A stretch of DNA of 64,000 bases from Trichinella spiralis. Taxonomy: Eukaryota. The DNA lies in contig NW_003526941.1 of the NCBI RefSeq assembly GCF_000181795.1, positions 5,730,540-5,794,539 of the forward strand, given 5' to 3'. The notes beneath the pieces were generated by a model. That model was not told where the DNA came from and did no database searches. It saw only the letters and a list, made by a program, of their open reading frames with translations. Numbering within the stretch: position 1 is the stretch's first letter; each line of letters begins with the position of its first letter. Positions 11,889 to 25,688 of the stretch are shown here, piece by piece. A program made the translations under genes and the position numbers.

Positions 11889-13160
11889 TTTACCCTGTTC
11901 CAATGAGATTCAATAAAATAAAAGATACTTATATGTGCAAAATAACAGTGACAATCGTTTTTATTATTTAAATAAAATTGCAAACTGCTGTACAATCTAC
12001 CACCGGAAACTGTAGATAGTCAAGTTTTATTGTGCGAATTCATTACAATAAAGTACACTCAATCAATCAATAAAATTAAAAATAAATTACTTTGTTTGAA
12101 TTTGCTTGTTGAAAAGTAATTTTGGATGTGATTTACAACTCACTTGTGAGCAGACTAATTAATACTAGACAATTTTTGAAAATGAAAAAAAAATCATTCA
12201 ATCTTCTAAAGTTATTTGAAAAATGCCATTATCCTTTTACAAAATTTAAATCACATGCTATTAAAACTGAACAAATTCACTGTTTGTAAGATTTTACAAA
12301 ATCTTAAATCTTTTGCTATACATTAGGAATGTATTTTTCCATAATTGGGCCAATTCTGCCCTTATAATCATTTCTTACTGTAGTAAGTACTATAAAGTTT
12401 GTAGCGGTACGCTTGTATTGGTGAACTATTCGGCGCATGTGTGCAATGTTGTGGGTTCGTCAATTTTTAAGCGGTTATTAATTTTCTTCTTACAAGCTTT
12501 ATAAATTTACTTTTAATTTAGGTAATCATGAAGCGGTCGGCGGTTGTTAGCGGTATCCATTAGGAAATTGAAAACTCATCTTGTGAAAAGATGGGAAACT
12601 GCTTCGGCTTTTTACCGTTTCGCATGCCATTTAATTTTCAGTACTTCGGTTATTATTTTTTCATCTAAAATTGTAATAAAATATTATTTTTTTGTAGTAG
12701 AAAAGTGGAACAGTCGTTGTTCATAACGAACAGATCATTTTGCGTAAGTGTGAAAAATGAACTGCAGTATTTTTTCTTGCTTTAATTAATTTTGCTACAT
12801 TTTTGAACGCGTAAAATTAAAAATTGCAATTAAACAAAAGCTTTTTGAAATGCTTTTTCCACGTATGCGACAAAAGTTTTTCTTCCCGATTTTTTGTGGC
12901 TGTTTTTCATTTGAATATAAAGCATTAAATAGTTGAAATGACATTCTTTGAACCAGAGGAAAAACAACTGAGTTCCTTCAGCTGTCAGTTTTCTCATGGA
13001 TGCTTTATTGATGTAGAAATATTTATTTCTTTATTGTTTTTTCCCCAATATATTTTACTTAACAACAAAGCAGCTGCTTGAGGATGAGCAGCTGCCTGAG
13101 GTGCAGTCGATGAAGAAGCTGAAATATTTTCCGTCGTAACGTGATTTCCGGTCGATCGTC

Positions 13161-14021
13161 ATGCGCGATCGAAGAAGCGACATTAAGCTTTTGAGTCGAT
13201 CTAATTATAGAACAGTGATTTGTCGATTGCTTTTTTCCACATCGCAATCGAGTAAACAATCTGCAATCTGCTTTCTCCAATTCGTCCATTCGAAATTAAT
13301 TAATAAAGTGGGAGCAAAAAAAAGAACAAACAAACAAATGGCTTTCACTTGATAATTATGCGCTATAAATATATATACTGTTAAAGGGTTTGGAAGAGAA
13401 AACGCACAGGTGGTTCGAAGATGAAGATATGCTCGACTGGTCATCTTTGGTTCCAGCTGACCAAGGTGCTGCCCGAATGGCCGATTCGAATTATTTCAGC
13501 TTGGCCGAAAGCATGTCCGCTTTTGAGTATTTTGCAATTCAATGGAAATTTTTCAGCTTATTATAATTGAACCAAAGTACAACCGTTTCAGAGATCCATT
13601 CGAAGAGTACTGCGAAATATTGGGCGGTGGCGATTTGATCCGCAAAAATCACAACAATCAGCGGTCGGCTTTTGGCATGGGAAGCCTGCTTTTGGCCAGG
13701 TTCAAAAATATTAAGCAGGGCACCAAAGCGACGTCTCGAACACCGGATTCGGCGCTGAATTCTGAATCCGACCTGGAATGGGAACCAGAACAGATGGCTA
13801 ATTTGAAAGCTACACTGAACAATGTAGAAGAATACGACGACGACGAAGACAGGGACGACATGTCGACGTCGACATGCCACAACGAAGATGGACGACCAAG
13901 TCGAAGTCCACCGTTGGAATGGGATTCGGACGATCTGCTCGACTGCGACACGCTGGAATTGTTGAACAGCATCGATACAATGGCCCCGTGTATCAACGCA
14001 TCGAAACTGTATCCGTCGTAG
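13161..14021 (+). CDS. Hypothetical acidic protein with two W-acidic (LEW[D/E]) motifs; possibly AP1AR/gadkin-like
   Basis: Manual splicing gives MRDRRSDIKLLSRSNYRT|GLEEKTHRWFEDEDMLDW...SAFE|DPFEEY...DLEWEPE...PLEWDSDD...LYPS*. Exons are GC-richer than the flanks. The 5' end is uncertain, with possible upstream exons at ~12520-12745. Confidence 0.6.
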
Positions 14022-14275
14022 ACAGATGTGTGAACAAATAGATTAGCAGAACAAGAATAATTTGTTTTTTACTTTTCTTCGCTTGCGCTGTTTCAAATGT
14101 GGCGCTTCAGTGCTAGCTAGAACTGATCTGCTGTTGCTTTGTTTGATCTCAAAATGCGCTGGTCGTAGAAATAAAAATGAAAATATTCTGTATGTATTTA
14201 TGTAAATATTTTCGTTACAGGAAGGGAAAAAAATTAAGCAGAAATTTCAATAAATTCCATTCACTTATTATCTCA

Positions 14276-14285
14276 CTATTGTTGC

Positions 14286-14331
<46 letters not shown>

Positions 14332-15284
14332 GCTGCTGTTGAGGCTGCTGCTGCTGTTGTGGTTGGGGTTGAGCTTGTGACTGTTGCTCATTTGAGCCGG
14401 CTGTTTGAACAGACATTTTTCTGAAATGCATAAAATAGCAATGATACTGGAAAATTGTATCAATGGGGACGTAGCGTTGATTCGGCTTTGTCAAGCCGAC
14501 AAATGTTGGCGGTGCAGAAGCAGCAGAGCCAAGTAATGCTGTGCAAAATTCTTTCATCAAATCACCGCAAAGTTGCATCGCAACACAAGGTCGATATTCG
14601 ATCTTAAAGTGGAGAATATTAGAAAAAAAAAATCACATCCAAAACAACAACAAAATTATATCCACTACCTCAACAAGAATACCCTTGAAGTTGCTTGCAA
14701 TCGTCGCGACGCTGGTACGAACTGTAAAATCTGAGATGACGTACTTGTTACCACGGCATTCGACTTTCGAAATTGGCTTCGTACAATAAGCACCCTTTGA
14801 AAAATGCAACATTTCAACAAATAAATTTGCACTGTAAAATGTTGATACCAACAGCAACTATACATACATCCAGGTTTCTGATCAATTGAGTAATTGATTT
14901 CTCTGCAAACAGAAATGTCGACGCAGAGCCCAATGTATCGCCGACCAAAACGAACGTCGTTTCGGGAAATTCCGAAGATTGAAATAAATGAACAGGCTTT
15001 GCATCTGAAAAGAAAAGAAATTATTCAAAAATTAAAATAAAAATATATTCATTCAACCTACTTGTAGCAGTGGTAGAGAAAAATGTCTCGGAAGTCAGGC
15101 TGAAAAAACCGGCCTGTTTTGCGTCCATGTTATCCAATGCCGTTTGAAGCGAATCCAACAATACATCTTGACGATCAGATTTTTCAGGATCCGAATACAA
15201 ATAAACCCTAAATAATTTTTCATTCAATTTATACAATCAAATCAAATGATAAAAACAAAACAGATCATACCACGCGATGCCCAT
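14276..15284 (-). CDS. MED20: Mediator of RNA polymerase II transcription subunit 20, with C-terminal polyglutamine
   Basis: MGIAW|VYLY...LDNMDAKQAGFFSLTSETF, SEFPETTFVL, KVECRGNKYVISDFTVR, KGILVE|IEYRPCV and YVPIDTIFQY align by eye with MED20. Confidence 0.88.
14279..14362 (-). repeat. CAA/CAG trinucleotide repeat (coding polyQ)
   Basis: (ttg)n/(ctg)n on the + strand immediately before the MED20 stop. Confidence 0.95.
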
Positions 15285-15998
15285 CGCTGGCCACCAATGA
15301 CGCTGAACGTAGAATTTATTAAAATTGATAATGATCAACAAACAAATAATTTATTTATTTGAAAGAATATTTCACTGCATCGTTATGCACAGCCGACAGC
15401 AACAACATTAATAATTGATAAATATCAACCATTTTACTGAGACTTTATTATAAATAACGACGACAATATATAAAAGTAAGACAATGATAGATAAATAAAC
15501 AATTTACACACAATAATAGTAAAAAGTGAACAGCAGGAGTTGAAGTAGAGCGGACTGGTTATCAATAAATAATTAACACAAAAATCATCTCTAGATATAA
15601 AATCACCATATCGAGCAAGCCAACATTCACCGTTTAGCAGTATTAAATCAGTCTTTTTCTTCCACTCCCCTACTGTTCTAGTTATGATAATTTTTTTCCC
15701 TCTTCCAAGCAAACTGCTTAGCAGCGTAACAAAAATAAATAAATAAATAATCACGGGGTACAAAAAGTAGATAAAATAAATAAATTTACATATAATGGAG
15801 AATGGAAAACAACAGCTAGAAGAAGTATATGGCAAGTGTTCGACACAACGCACGTTGACCTCAAAGACAACATTATTGATTAAATGACAACCAAAATAAA
15901 ATGTTGACAATAAAAAAACAACAACAATCGTAATAATAATGATGATAATAATATGCAAATCTATGATGAGTAGGTAACAGATGCAAATTGTTCAACAG

Positions 15999-18900
15999 CT
16001 AAGCCCAAATACCATCTCCTTCGTCATCCTGAAAACAATTTGTTTAAAAAACAAACAATAAAACAGAATCAATAATAAATAAATAATAAATAAAATGACA
16101 ACCAAATCGATGCCAGATACTTTGGGAAAGTGATCTGTAAAATTCAATGTCGGGTCGTTGTGCAATTTCACCCGACGTGCATTTTCCTCTTTCAAGCGTT
16201 GCAATAATTCTTCCTTTTGCTTTTTAACATTATCAATTTCTTCCGACGACTTTCTGCCGTGAAAATTTTCCAGAAACGCAATGTGCGCATCTTTTTCTTC
16301 AATCGCCGCCAACAATACTTCTCCTCTACAATCGATGAATTTCATAATTTCGTCGTAAATTGAAATTGAAATAAATCAACAATAATTCTGATTAAAAAAA
16401 CTGTTTTTGTTTTGTTTTGTTTTCAACTTTCTGGTTGGTATTATTGTGCTGATTGGTAATATTTGTTTTTTTTTACAGTAAAACAATTGTGCTTGCATAT
16501 CTTGTCTTACTTGAGTTGCATCACTTCGTCGACGTAACGCTTGCGCTCTTCTTGCATTGTTTTAATGGTGGCGTCGCTTTGGACTTTTTCTTGGCGTAGC
16601 TGTTTCAATTGTATACTGAGTTCATCGTATTGTTCTTGCAGTGTTTTCAGCTCATCTTTCAAAGCTGCGATCCGTTGCTCTGCCCGTTGGCTATTCAACT
16701 TTTGCTGAGCAACGGCCATTTCACGTTCGGCTGTTATGCTGACGCTTTCTTTCAACGCTTCTTCGAGCTCTTCAATACGACGATCTTTGTGCATCAGAAC
16801 TGACTGTAAAATTTGAATAATAAAAATCAAAAATTACAATTTTACATCGAACCTGATAATCAGCATTTTCTGTATTGGAATGAAATCGTTTCGAATCGTT
16901 TCCACTTTCACGACTGAAAAATCGATAAATATTATTTTATAAACAAACAAACAAAACAGATAAACAAACCCTTCATTTTTTTCCTTCTCTGAATTGTGTA
17001 TGATTTTCAACAAACGGTCAACCTCAGAGCGTGATTCGTCCACAGCTTGGTTGAGACGTTCAATTTCTGCTTTGAGCAAGTCAACACCGTTTGTTTTGTT
17101 CAATTCTTTGTAAAGTGAATTCTCTTTAGTCAACGCTTCCGTCTGTCGTACCATGTCATTGATTTTCTCATTCTGACTTTCAATGAATACCTTTAAAAAA
17201 ATACCAATTTTCACAATTGTAATATAATGTAAGATATTCATGTTTATTTAAGGAAGAAATAATGGAAAATAGTACTTGAAATTTAAAAAGAGCAAGTGAA
17301 AATATTTTGTCCCGTTTATATATTAAAAATGAAAATAATAAACGTAACTGAAAAAGAGTATTGAAAATGGCATCGAGCAGATTTTCACAGAATGATAAAA
17401 AAAGCAAACATGCTTAAATTATTTGATCAATCGGTGACAACATTTTACTTTCACAAGTAACAACAACATGCAACAAGTTGTTTAACTGTATGAAAATGAT
17501 AAGCACACAAAGTAATTAATAATTGATAAACAAAAAATTTTATTCATTAAATGTCGTGTATCATTTTAATAAAAGTGTACCCGTGACTTGATTAAGAAAG
17601 GTTTAACCAAAGTTTGTTTTTACAAAGTGTGAAAATCAATAAAGCCCTGTCATCACTAGTTAATTACAAATGAATCAAGCAAACATTTTATCATACTTTC
17701 CACAGGTTAAACATTTACATAAACGGTTACCCCATAATCATATTTGTAAAAAGCAAAATATTATAATAAAAAAATGATAATAATTTACTTGTCGATCAGA
17801 GATTTCTTTTTGCAACGAAGCAATCGCTATGCGAAGGTCTTTGTTCTCTTTTTCATGCGCCTCGCCGTCGCGTTTCCTCTCTATTGCCAGACATTCATGC
17901 TCTTCATTAAACCGCTTTCGCCAAAGATCACGCTCTTGAACCAAACGATTGATCTCGTCCTCAAGCAAAAAACAGATAATCAAAAAAAATCCCCCAATAA
18001 ATTAATAAAATCACCACTTTCAATTTACCTGCAATTTCTTCTCCTGAATCACACCAGGTGATGAGTTCAATCTCGTACGGATTAAATTCAACTCACAATC
18101 CCGTTCTCGTATCGTCTCTTCGAGAAGATCAATCTGAAAAGAAGTAAACAAGAAAATTGAAAAAAAATTTTTTAAATAAATATAATTTTTAAATTTCTCC
18201 ATTTTATTTACTTTACGATCTTTGGTGCTCAAACCAACTTCGCTAATTCGATGCTGCTCGTTCAACAAGTTCAATTCTGACAACAGACGATTCTTATCAG
18301 CTTGTAATTCAGTAATCTGTTGTGCTTTTTGGTCAATCATTTCATTTTTCGATTCCAATTTGCCACGCAAAGCGTCAATCTAATTCATAATAAAAATAAT
18401 AAAGAAATAAACAGATAAAAATAAAGAATAATACATCGCTCTGCAACAATGTCGCCTGTTGATCTTTACTAGCGTTGGATTCTTTCATTAATTCCAAGTG
18501 TTTTTTAAAATCGCTGGCTGATTCTTCGGCAGTCGAAAGACGTGTATAAAGTGCTTGTATTTCGACAGTTTTCTGCCCAAGTTCGAGTTCAAGTTTGTCT
18601 GCCTAATAATAAAATTTTTTTTATCTCAACAAAATCGAAACAATAAACAGAAAAGTCTCATATAAACAAAAAATAACCACACATCTTCCTCATAGTTAAC
18701 ATCAATTCACACAATAATTTTAATATCATCAGTGAAACAAAAGAAAACACCATTCCACGCTTTTATATCAATCTCACCTTCAATTTCAATTCTTGGTATT
18801 CTTTATCAGTGACCATCTTATCGGTAAATTCCCGCTCGTGGATTGCACCACCGGAACGCAGTCGTTTCAATTCAGCTTCGTAGCTGGCCACTTCATCTTG

Positions 18901-21325
18901 CAAAGATTCAATTACCGCATCTTTCTGAAATGCAAATTTATAAATTACAAAATTCCCCCTCGGAAAATTTTCACGCATTAGACGACATACTCGCAAATTG
19001 GACAAACCATCATGGCTTTGCTGCAAGTGAGATTCGAGATCGTCGCAGTGCGCCTGCAATCTGGAACATTTTTCTTCCAATTCGACAATACGATTTTGAG
19101 CTAGTTCCATTTCGGCACAACTTTGCGCCACCGATGCTGGAACACCTTAAAAATAATATGAATAAAAGAAAGAAAATAAAATATCCAATCAAATACCTTT
19201 CGAATGCAGCGCTTCAAGCAATCGTTTCACCGATTCATCTTTGGACAACAAAAGTTGCCTCTGAGATTCCAACTGATACTGCAACTCTTTTACAGCGTCT
19301 GAGCTAATCAACCAATCACGACGATACCTGAAAAAAACCATCATTTTTTCATCAACAAGATATAATGAAAGAAAAAAGAAATATATCATCATATTTTTTA
19401 TATTTGAAATTTTGAGTCATAAATATATCATTGCTTCTTTTGATAATTTACAAAGAAAATTTTCTCTAAATGTAATGAAATGATAAAAGAAAATTGATTT
19501 CAACACTTCTTCTATTCACCTCCGCTGCAATAGCAGTTACAGTAAACATATCATTTTCTCAACAGCGCTTTGCATAAATCATCTAATTTTTTGACATGAA
19601 AGAAGCGGAAAAGAGGAGTTTGAAAACAACAGTTTTAGACGAATATGCTTTATCATTAAAATGTCATTTGTGTGACTTGTAATAAATGTCACAAACAAGA
19701 ACATTGACCAAAAAGATAATTTCAAAGCTAAAGCAAACAAAGCAAAAGTTTACAAAAGCACCCAAATGATAAAAATTACATTATCATTCTACAATTTCTA
19801 TAGTAAAATTTAATAATTCGTTCAATTTTTCCCTGTTTGAATAAAAAATTTGCTCTTTTCTTTGATCATTTACAAATCTTGTCTTCTCAGGTTGCATCGA
19901 CGTTTTGTCAAAATTTATGAATTATTCAAAAAACGAAAGAAGGCAGATGATGTTGATCATAAAGAAGTTCAAGGCTTTCCCAGAATTATTTTTCCATTTC
20001 AATCTTTCTCCGTTCCCACGTGAAGTTGTCATTAAAGAAATATAAAAGTATTTCAACATTAAAAAAAAAAAGAAAACACCGTACATGTCTCTTTCTTGAC
20101 AAACTGTACGATAGTCATCATGGCCAATCAGTGGTCCATCATCCGGGAAGCGTCTAGACCGGCCTGAATTGCACTGGAAACGCAGCTCATTCTGCAGTTG
20201 CTCGATTAGTACCGATTGTTTCTGGAGAAATTAAAAAAAAATCAAGAGCTATCATGCAGGCAATAGCTTTGATTTTTAACAATTAACTTCACGTGTGAAT
20301 TGAAATTAAAATTGAAGACAAAATTCAAATTGTGTTCTAAACTACTACAATGCTCAGATTGTTCCCTAAGAAGTTCAGAACAGCAATTATCGACAATAAT
20401 TTTATGAATTCATGAATGTTCAGTGGTTAAAAAACAACAACAATACCGTAGAAAAATTGGAAATTGTTAAAGAGAAAAAAATCGAATGAAAACACTGAAC
20501 AAAATATTGCATGCTCAACAACTAACTATTCACTAACATCGTCAATTTCCTTTTCCAATGAAAAGGGGAAACCTTACCTGATTATTGACTAATGACAATT
20601 TCAGTTGCTCTTGTAGCATGTTCATTTTCGCAGTTTCCTCTTTGCGCAGTGCTCGTTCACGTTTCAGTTCAGGACTCCAGAACGACTTGATGCTTCCCAT
20701 TGTCGCATTCAGCTTTTCCATCGCAACGCGCAGATCTTCCCTCAGCGCATCACAGTCGGCCGGGCAACAGTTGGTCGTCGTCATTCGGCCGTTGACAATT
20801 TTAGAACCTGACCCGCAGCCTGGCGCCTCGTTTGAACCTCTGCCGCTTTTCACCAATGGATCCAAATCTGCTGACCAATCGCAGTCCGACTGCAAATAGC
20901 CCAAATTGCCGTGGGATAAGTGGCTTGAAAGGGTTGGTTGACGGTAAGAATTGTTCGACGAACGAGCCGAAAATGGAAAACCACCTTTCAAACCGCCGGC
21001 GTGGATCTGCGGATCCGCTGGCGGTAGCTGACAAAAAAAAGAACTGTATTCAAACAATTACAGTATACGTTTGTAATACCTGAGAATCAAAGCAGCGCTC
21101 AAACGTTACACCGTCGCACAGGCTGTGCACGTCACAGGAACTGTGATGGCGTGCTCTGGTGAAATGTCCAACACGCCGTTGCGAAACTGGCGTACGGCTT
21201 CCGTTTCTGGATATCCCTTCACCTCCGGTAATATGCCCCAAAGATTGATAATACAAATTCGACGGCGACGGCAACAGGCCTGATGCCAGCGAAGACTGTA
21301 CTGCTGCCGATCCGGCTGAACTCAT
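15999..21325 (-). CDS. elks-1: ELKS/CAST/ERC active-zone coiled-coil protein, multi-exon
   Basis: Signature IKSFWSPELKRERALRKEE, RRIEELEEALKESVSITAEREM and LLAAIEEKDAHIAFLE; micro terminal exon DDEGDGIWA* carries the IWA PDZ-binding end. Start codon uncertain (MSSAGS at 21325). Confidence 0.93.
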
Positions 21326-23375
21326 CACATCGCAAGCAATACCAGTAGCTAGCAAAAATTAAATTCGCTTCAGAAACAACATCAGTGAGAAGAAAAATTA
21401 AGAAAATATTTAGAATGAAAGAAAAAACACTAAGAACAGGTGTACTAAGCATGCATCCCACAGATGGAAGAAAGAAATCTTTTCAACGTTACAAACCTGG
21501 GCTGTATTTTCAAACCCAAGTTAAAATGAACAAAAAGCTGAAATCAAATGACCACTAATAAAATGTGAAAATCGTTAAGAAATGACATCAATAATGAAAA
21601 TTTTAGCGATATAATTCGAGCACAGCAATAATTTATTATTTTGGAATCGACGCATATTGCAATTTTTCGCTTCAATAGCTATGAGGCGCATAATTCTTTC
21701 TCACGATAACTTTCTGATTAAACTAACAAAATAAAATTTTAATAATTTTGTAGACAAAAAATTTTTTAATAAAAATAATATTTGAACAGTAAAACATTAA
21801 TGGAATAAATTATTATTTCTTTCATAAATGTCACTTCAATAAGTTCAACTCTGTAACGATGTCTATTGCATCACAATATCTCTCAGTAAATGAAAATAGA
21901 AATTTATAAATTCAAAAATCAATTGATTCATGCATAGCACAAAACCCGCAGGAAACACTATTAATCAATTCAATGAATTAATCAAAAAGAAAGATGCAAA
22001 ACTAAATAAAGTAAAATAAAACATTTAAATTTAATTTAAATGAATTAAAAAATATTCAATAAAGTACATTTCAAATGATAACCAATTCACAATAAAATAA
22101 ATGACAGAAGAGAAAAATCAAATAAAATGTTACTGAGAAATAGTGCAACTAACAATTTGTAATCGGAAATGAAATTTAAAAAAAAGATAAATGATGGATA
22201 CCATTTATTAGAAATATGACAAAGTAATTTAATGTTGAAGCATGATGAATAAAGCTGAAAAACTTATTTTTATCAATATTTCCAAAGGTTTTCAAACTTT
22301 CAAACATACAAAATGCATCGACTGTTAATTAAAATAAATAAATCAAAAACATACACCTATATTAATACCTAATAATAAATGGAATAGGAAATATCTGAAT
22401 AATTGACAGCAGTACGTGCCAAAAAGTATTATCAGAAGCAATTTAAAATCATGGAAGACTGCGTTTATAAACAGTAAAACGCTAAATTCGCGAAATCAGT
22501 AGAAGAGCAAACCAAACAAATAGACATTATCGATTTCACCGCAGAGAAGAGTAAAGCAATATGAAATGCGATAAGATTGAAACGTAAAATCAAATTTTCG
22601 TTACGTTATTCAAATATGTAAATGAAATAAAGTAAGAAAAAATGAATATTATGTTAGATAGTCAGTTTAGATGAAACATAAGAAAAAACTTCAAGCAGGG
22701 CGCTCACCAATTTCAAACGTGTAAGTATTTATTGTTCGAAACAGATATTCTTGTTTCTGGACCTAGTCGCTTAAAACAACTTCAATTCTACTTCAGAAGT
22801 CCATTAACAGTTTTACAGAGTATACATGTACAAGATGCTTTCTGTGATTCACGGCGGGAGACAAACAACTTTAACAGTATTCTGAAAGTCAGGTATAAGT
22901 TAATTTAATTTTGAAAAACAACATTTCCATTTCATAAATAACTTTACCTTTTTCAAATTCTACTTTAAATATTTATAATAAAATAAAAATAACTGAGAAA
23001 CGAAATAAAAACAATACATATATTCCTCTGACCATGCTCAAGTTTCATTCTATTTAGAATAATTTCCTAAAACTAATTATTGCCCATTTCCGACGATAAG
23101 AATAATAATTTTAGAACAAAAGTGCAAAATACTTGTTATTCATTTCATAAAATTTCGTTCTGCTTTTTAAAAGCAATTTTACAAATAGTAGCTTAGATGC
23201 TGGTACTTTGCTTTATTAGCTAATGTTAATAGTTAATAGCTCCCACAACTGGGTTTTCCGAATGTGCCATTACAAAATGAACTTTTTTGATTCCACAATT
23301 CCAAATTTCAATGTTTTTAGAAACTTTTAATGTTAAAAAATTTCTTTCACATCTTTTACGTGTCATTAGCAAGCG

Positions 23376-25057
23376 TTAAAACCAAAAGCTTATAGAAAAA
23401 CTGGGACTTGTGCTTTTCACAAAATGCCACCAACCCTTCGGAATAAACAGTAGATCTCCTGGTTTTACAATGGTTTCATAAAATTTCACATTTTTTACAA
23501 GAGGAAATTTTTCATAATCAATTTTTTCCATGTCAATCTAAAAGTTGATTGAGAATCAATTAAACAAACATATTGCAACAATTAATAGATGTTACACTTC
23601 AACCTGACTAGTGTTCGACATCAAACCGTCTGTAATTGGATACAAATTTTTGGTAGCAGTTGGATGACACAGGCGCAAATATTTCTTGCCAAAAACCTTA
23701 ATTTTTAAACTAATCTTTAAAACGTGAACATGAAAACAACTGATAAACCTGAGCGAATAGATTGTCTCTAGGATCGGTGTGCAATGGTGAAACAGTATTT
23801 GCCGGACCAAACCAAGCATTGATATCCACATCTTCTGGGGCACATTGAAGACAGCAATAATCAGGAACAGCTATATCATCTTTCAATTCGGTTATCTGAT
23901 AAATTTACATTTAAGAGATAACGTTAAAAGGAAAAAAACATAATTACAAATTACAAACCTGTTCAAAAAGTTGATGCTGAGCTAAATAAGCTTTCTCTCT
24001 GGCATCAGGATTGAAATATTCATGGACAAAATCTGTTATGGTCAGCAGTTTCTGTGACCATTCATCATTAGTATACTTTGAGCCAATTTCGATAGGAACT
24101 GTACGATAAGCACATTTCGACATTAAATAAGCAATACTAAAATAGCTCTTATGAAATTTTATATTTGACATGTCAGTTCAATAGAACAAAGTACAAACTT
24201 CCATTTCTCCATTGCTTGCCATGATTCCAAAGCTCCTTCAATAACAACAGGGTTCTGTGGAATCAAGAAATCACGCTGAAATGTTTCCAAGCTTGGACAT
24301 GCTACACGAGGAACACAGTGTTCAAAATGTTCACAAACATCATTCTAAACACATCAAGCTGATTCCTGTTATTTACATAATCATTGAAACACTGCCAAAT
24401 CAACCATGCAAACGTCATACTATATTGAAAACTACCTTCATCAATTAATACTTATTTTGCTTTTTTAAATTCTTCATAAAACATTCATTCTTCGTGAATT
24501 ACAAAAAAATTTTAATGCAATCGAATAACTCACCACTGAAGCTAATGCTTGATCAAATTTATCATTAATAAGCATATCTTCCAAAGGGTAAGTGTCAATC
24601 ATCTTGCAGTGAAGCAAACTGGCAAGTCTGGCAAGAACATTCCCGGATATAGGACAGCCAAGTAAAAGACCTTTGTCACAACTACACAGTGCATCCTAAA
24701 ATGCATTAAAAATATTTTAATTTGCAATAAAGAAACTCAAATTTTAAACAAAAAAAGATATACCTTCAAACGACCGTTAGCAATATGCGCAATCGATAAC
24801 AATAACGATACCATGGTATATAATAGACGCCAAGAAATGTTAACTTCACTCCAATGTCCTGTATTTAACCTTTCCCAAATAAAATTTAACATAAAATTGC
24901 AAATTTCAACAGTTGCTTCGAAATCTTTCAATTCAATTGCTTTAAAAGTTCGCCTGAGTAGCAGAAACATGTCACCTGGGACAACATGGTCATCAATCAA
25001 TGAAAGCCATGTTTCCACGGATTCAGGAATAAATTCAGTAAAAATAATTTCATTCAT
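23376..25057 (-). CDS. JMJD5: JmjC domain protein 5 / KDM8
   Basis: [71 protein letters not shown] and [24 protein letters not shown]. Confidence 0.93.
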
Positions 25058-25688
25058 GATTTGTATTTATAAGAACATAATAATACTACTCTTCGATATA
25101 ACCAAACATATTTTCTGTTATGCGCAACTAAAAATATGTATTTGTTTATAATTATCATTAATAGATTAGTTTGCAAAAATGCTAGAGAAAAAGTTGCAAC
25201 AATTGGTGCAACTTAAAAACTGCATTTTACATAGTTTAAAGAACAATACAGTTTAACAATCAAGTTTCAATGTTACAGTAATCATGTTCAATTTACCACA
25301 CACATTTTTTACGCAATTCATTTATGTTACGTGTATGCAACATGAACTTTCATCTTTTCGATGAAATACGTTGCTTTTAGCAAATTACCAAAAGTTATGG
25401 ATTGAATTACATGGCTAAAGAAAATGCAAATACTTTTATTAATGCATTCTTCTAAATTTACACAAACTGAAAAATTCATTTCAGCATTCATAGCAACAAC
25501 ATTTCTATGAAAACTGTTCTACTGAAGGAATTCTAGATTTCATTTCAAAACTTCACAACTTCCAATTGATTGCAATATTGGTAATAATCAAATTTGATGG
25601 CATAAAAACACCAAATCACACAATATACAGTTTCTAATGAATTTGTGCACTGCGATAAAAACCAAACTAACCGAATCAATTTTTCACT

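Noticed and set aside
21219..21461. Myristoylated MGC N-terminus for ELKS
   Set aside because: The listed start is GTG, not ATG; it is an artefact of the prokaryotic-style ORF track.
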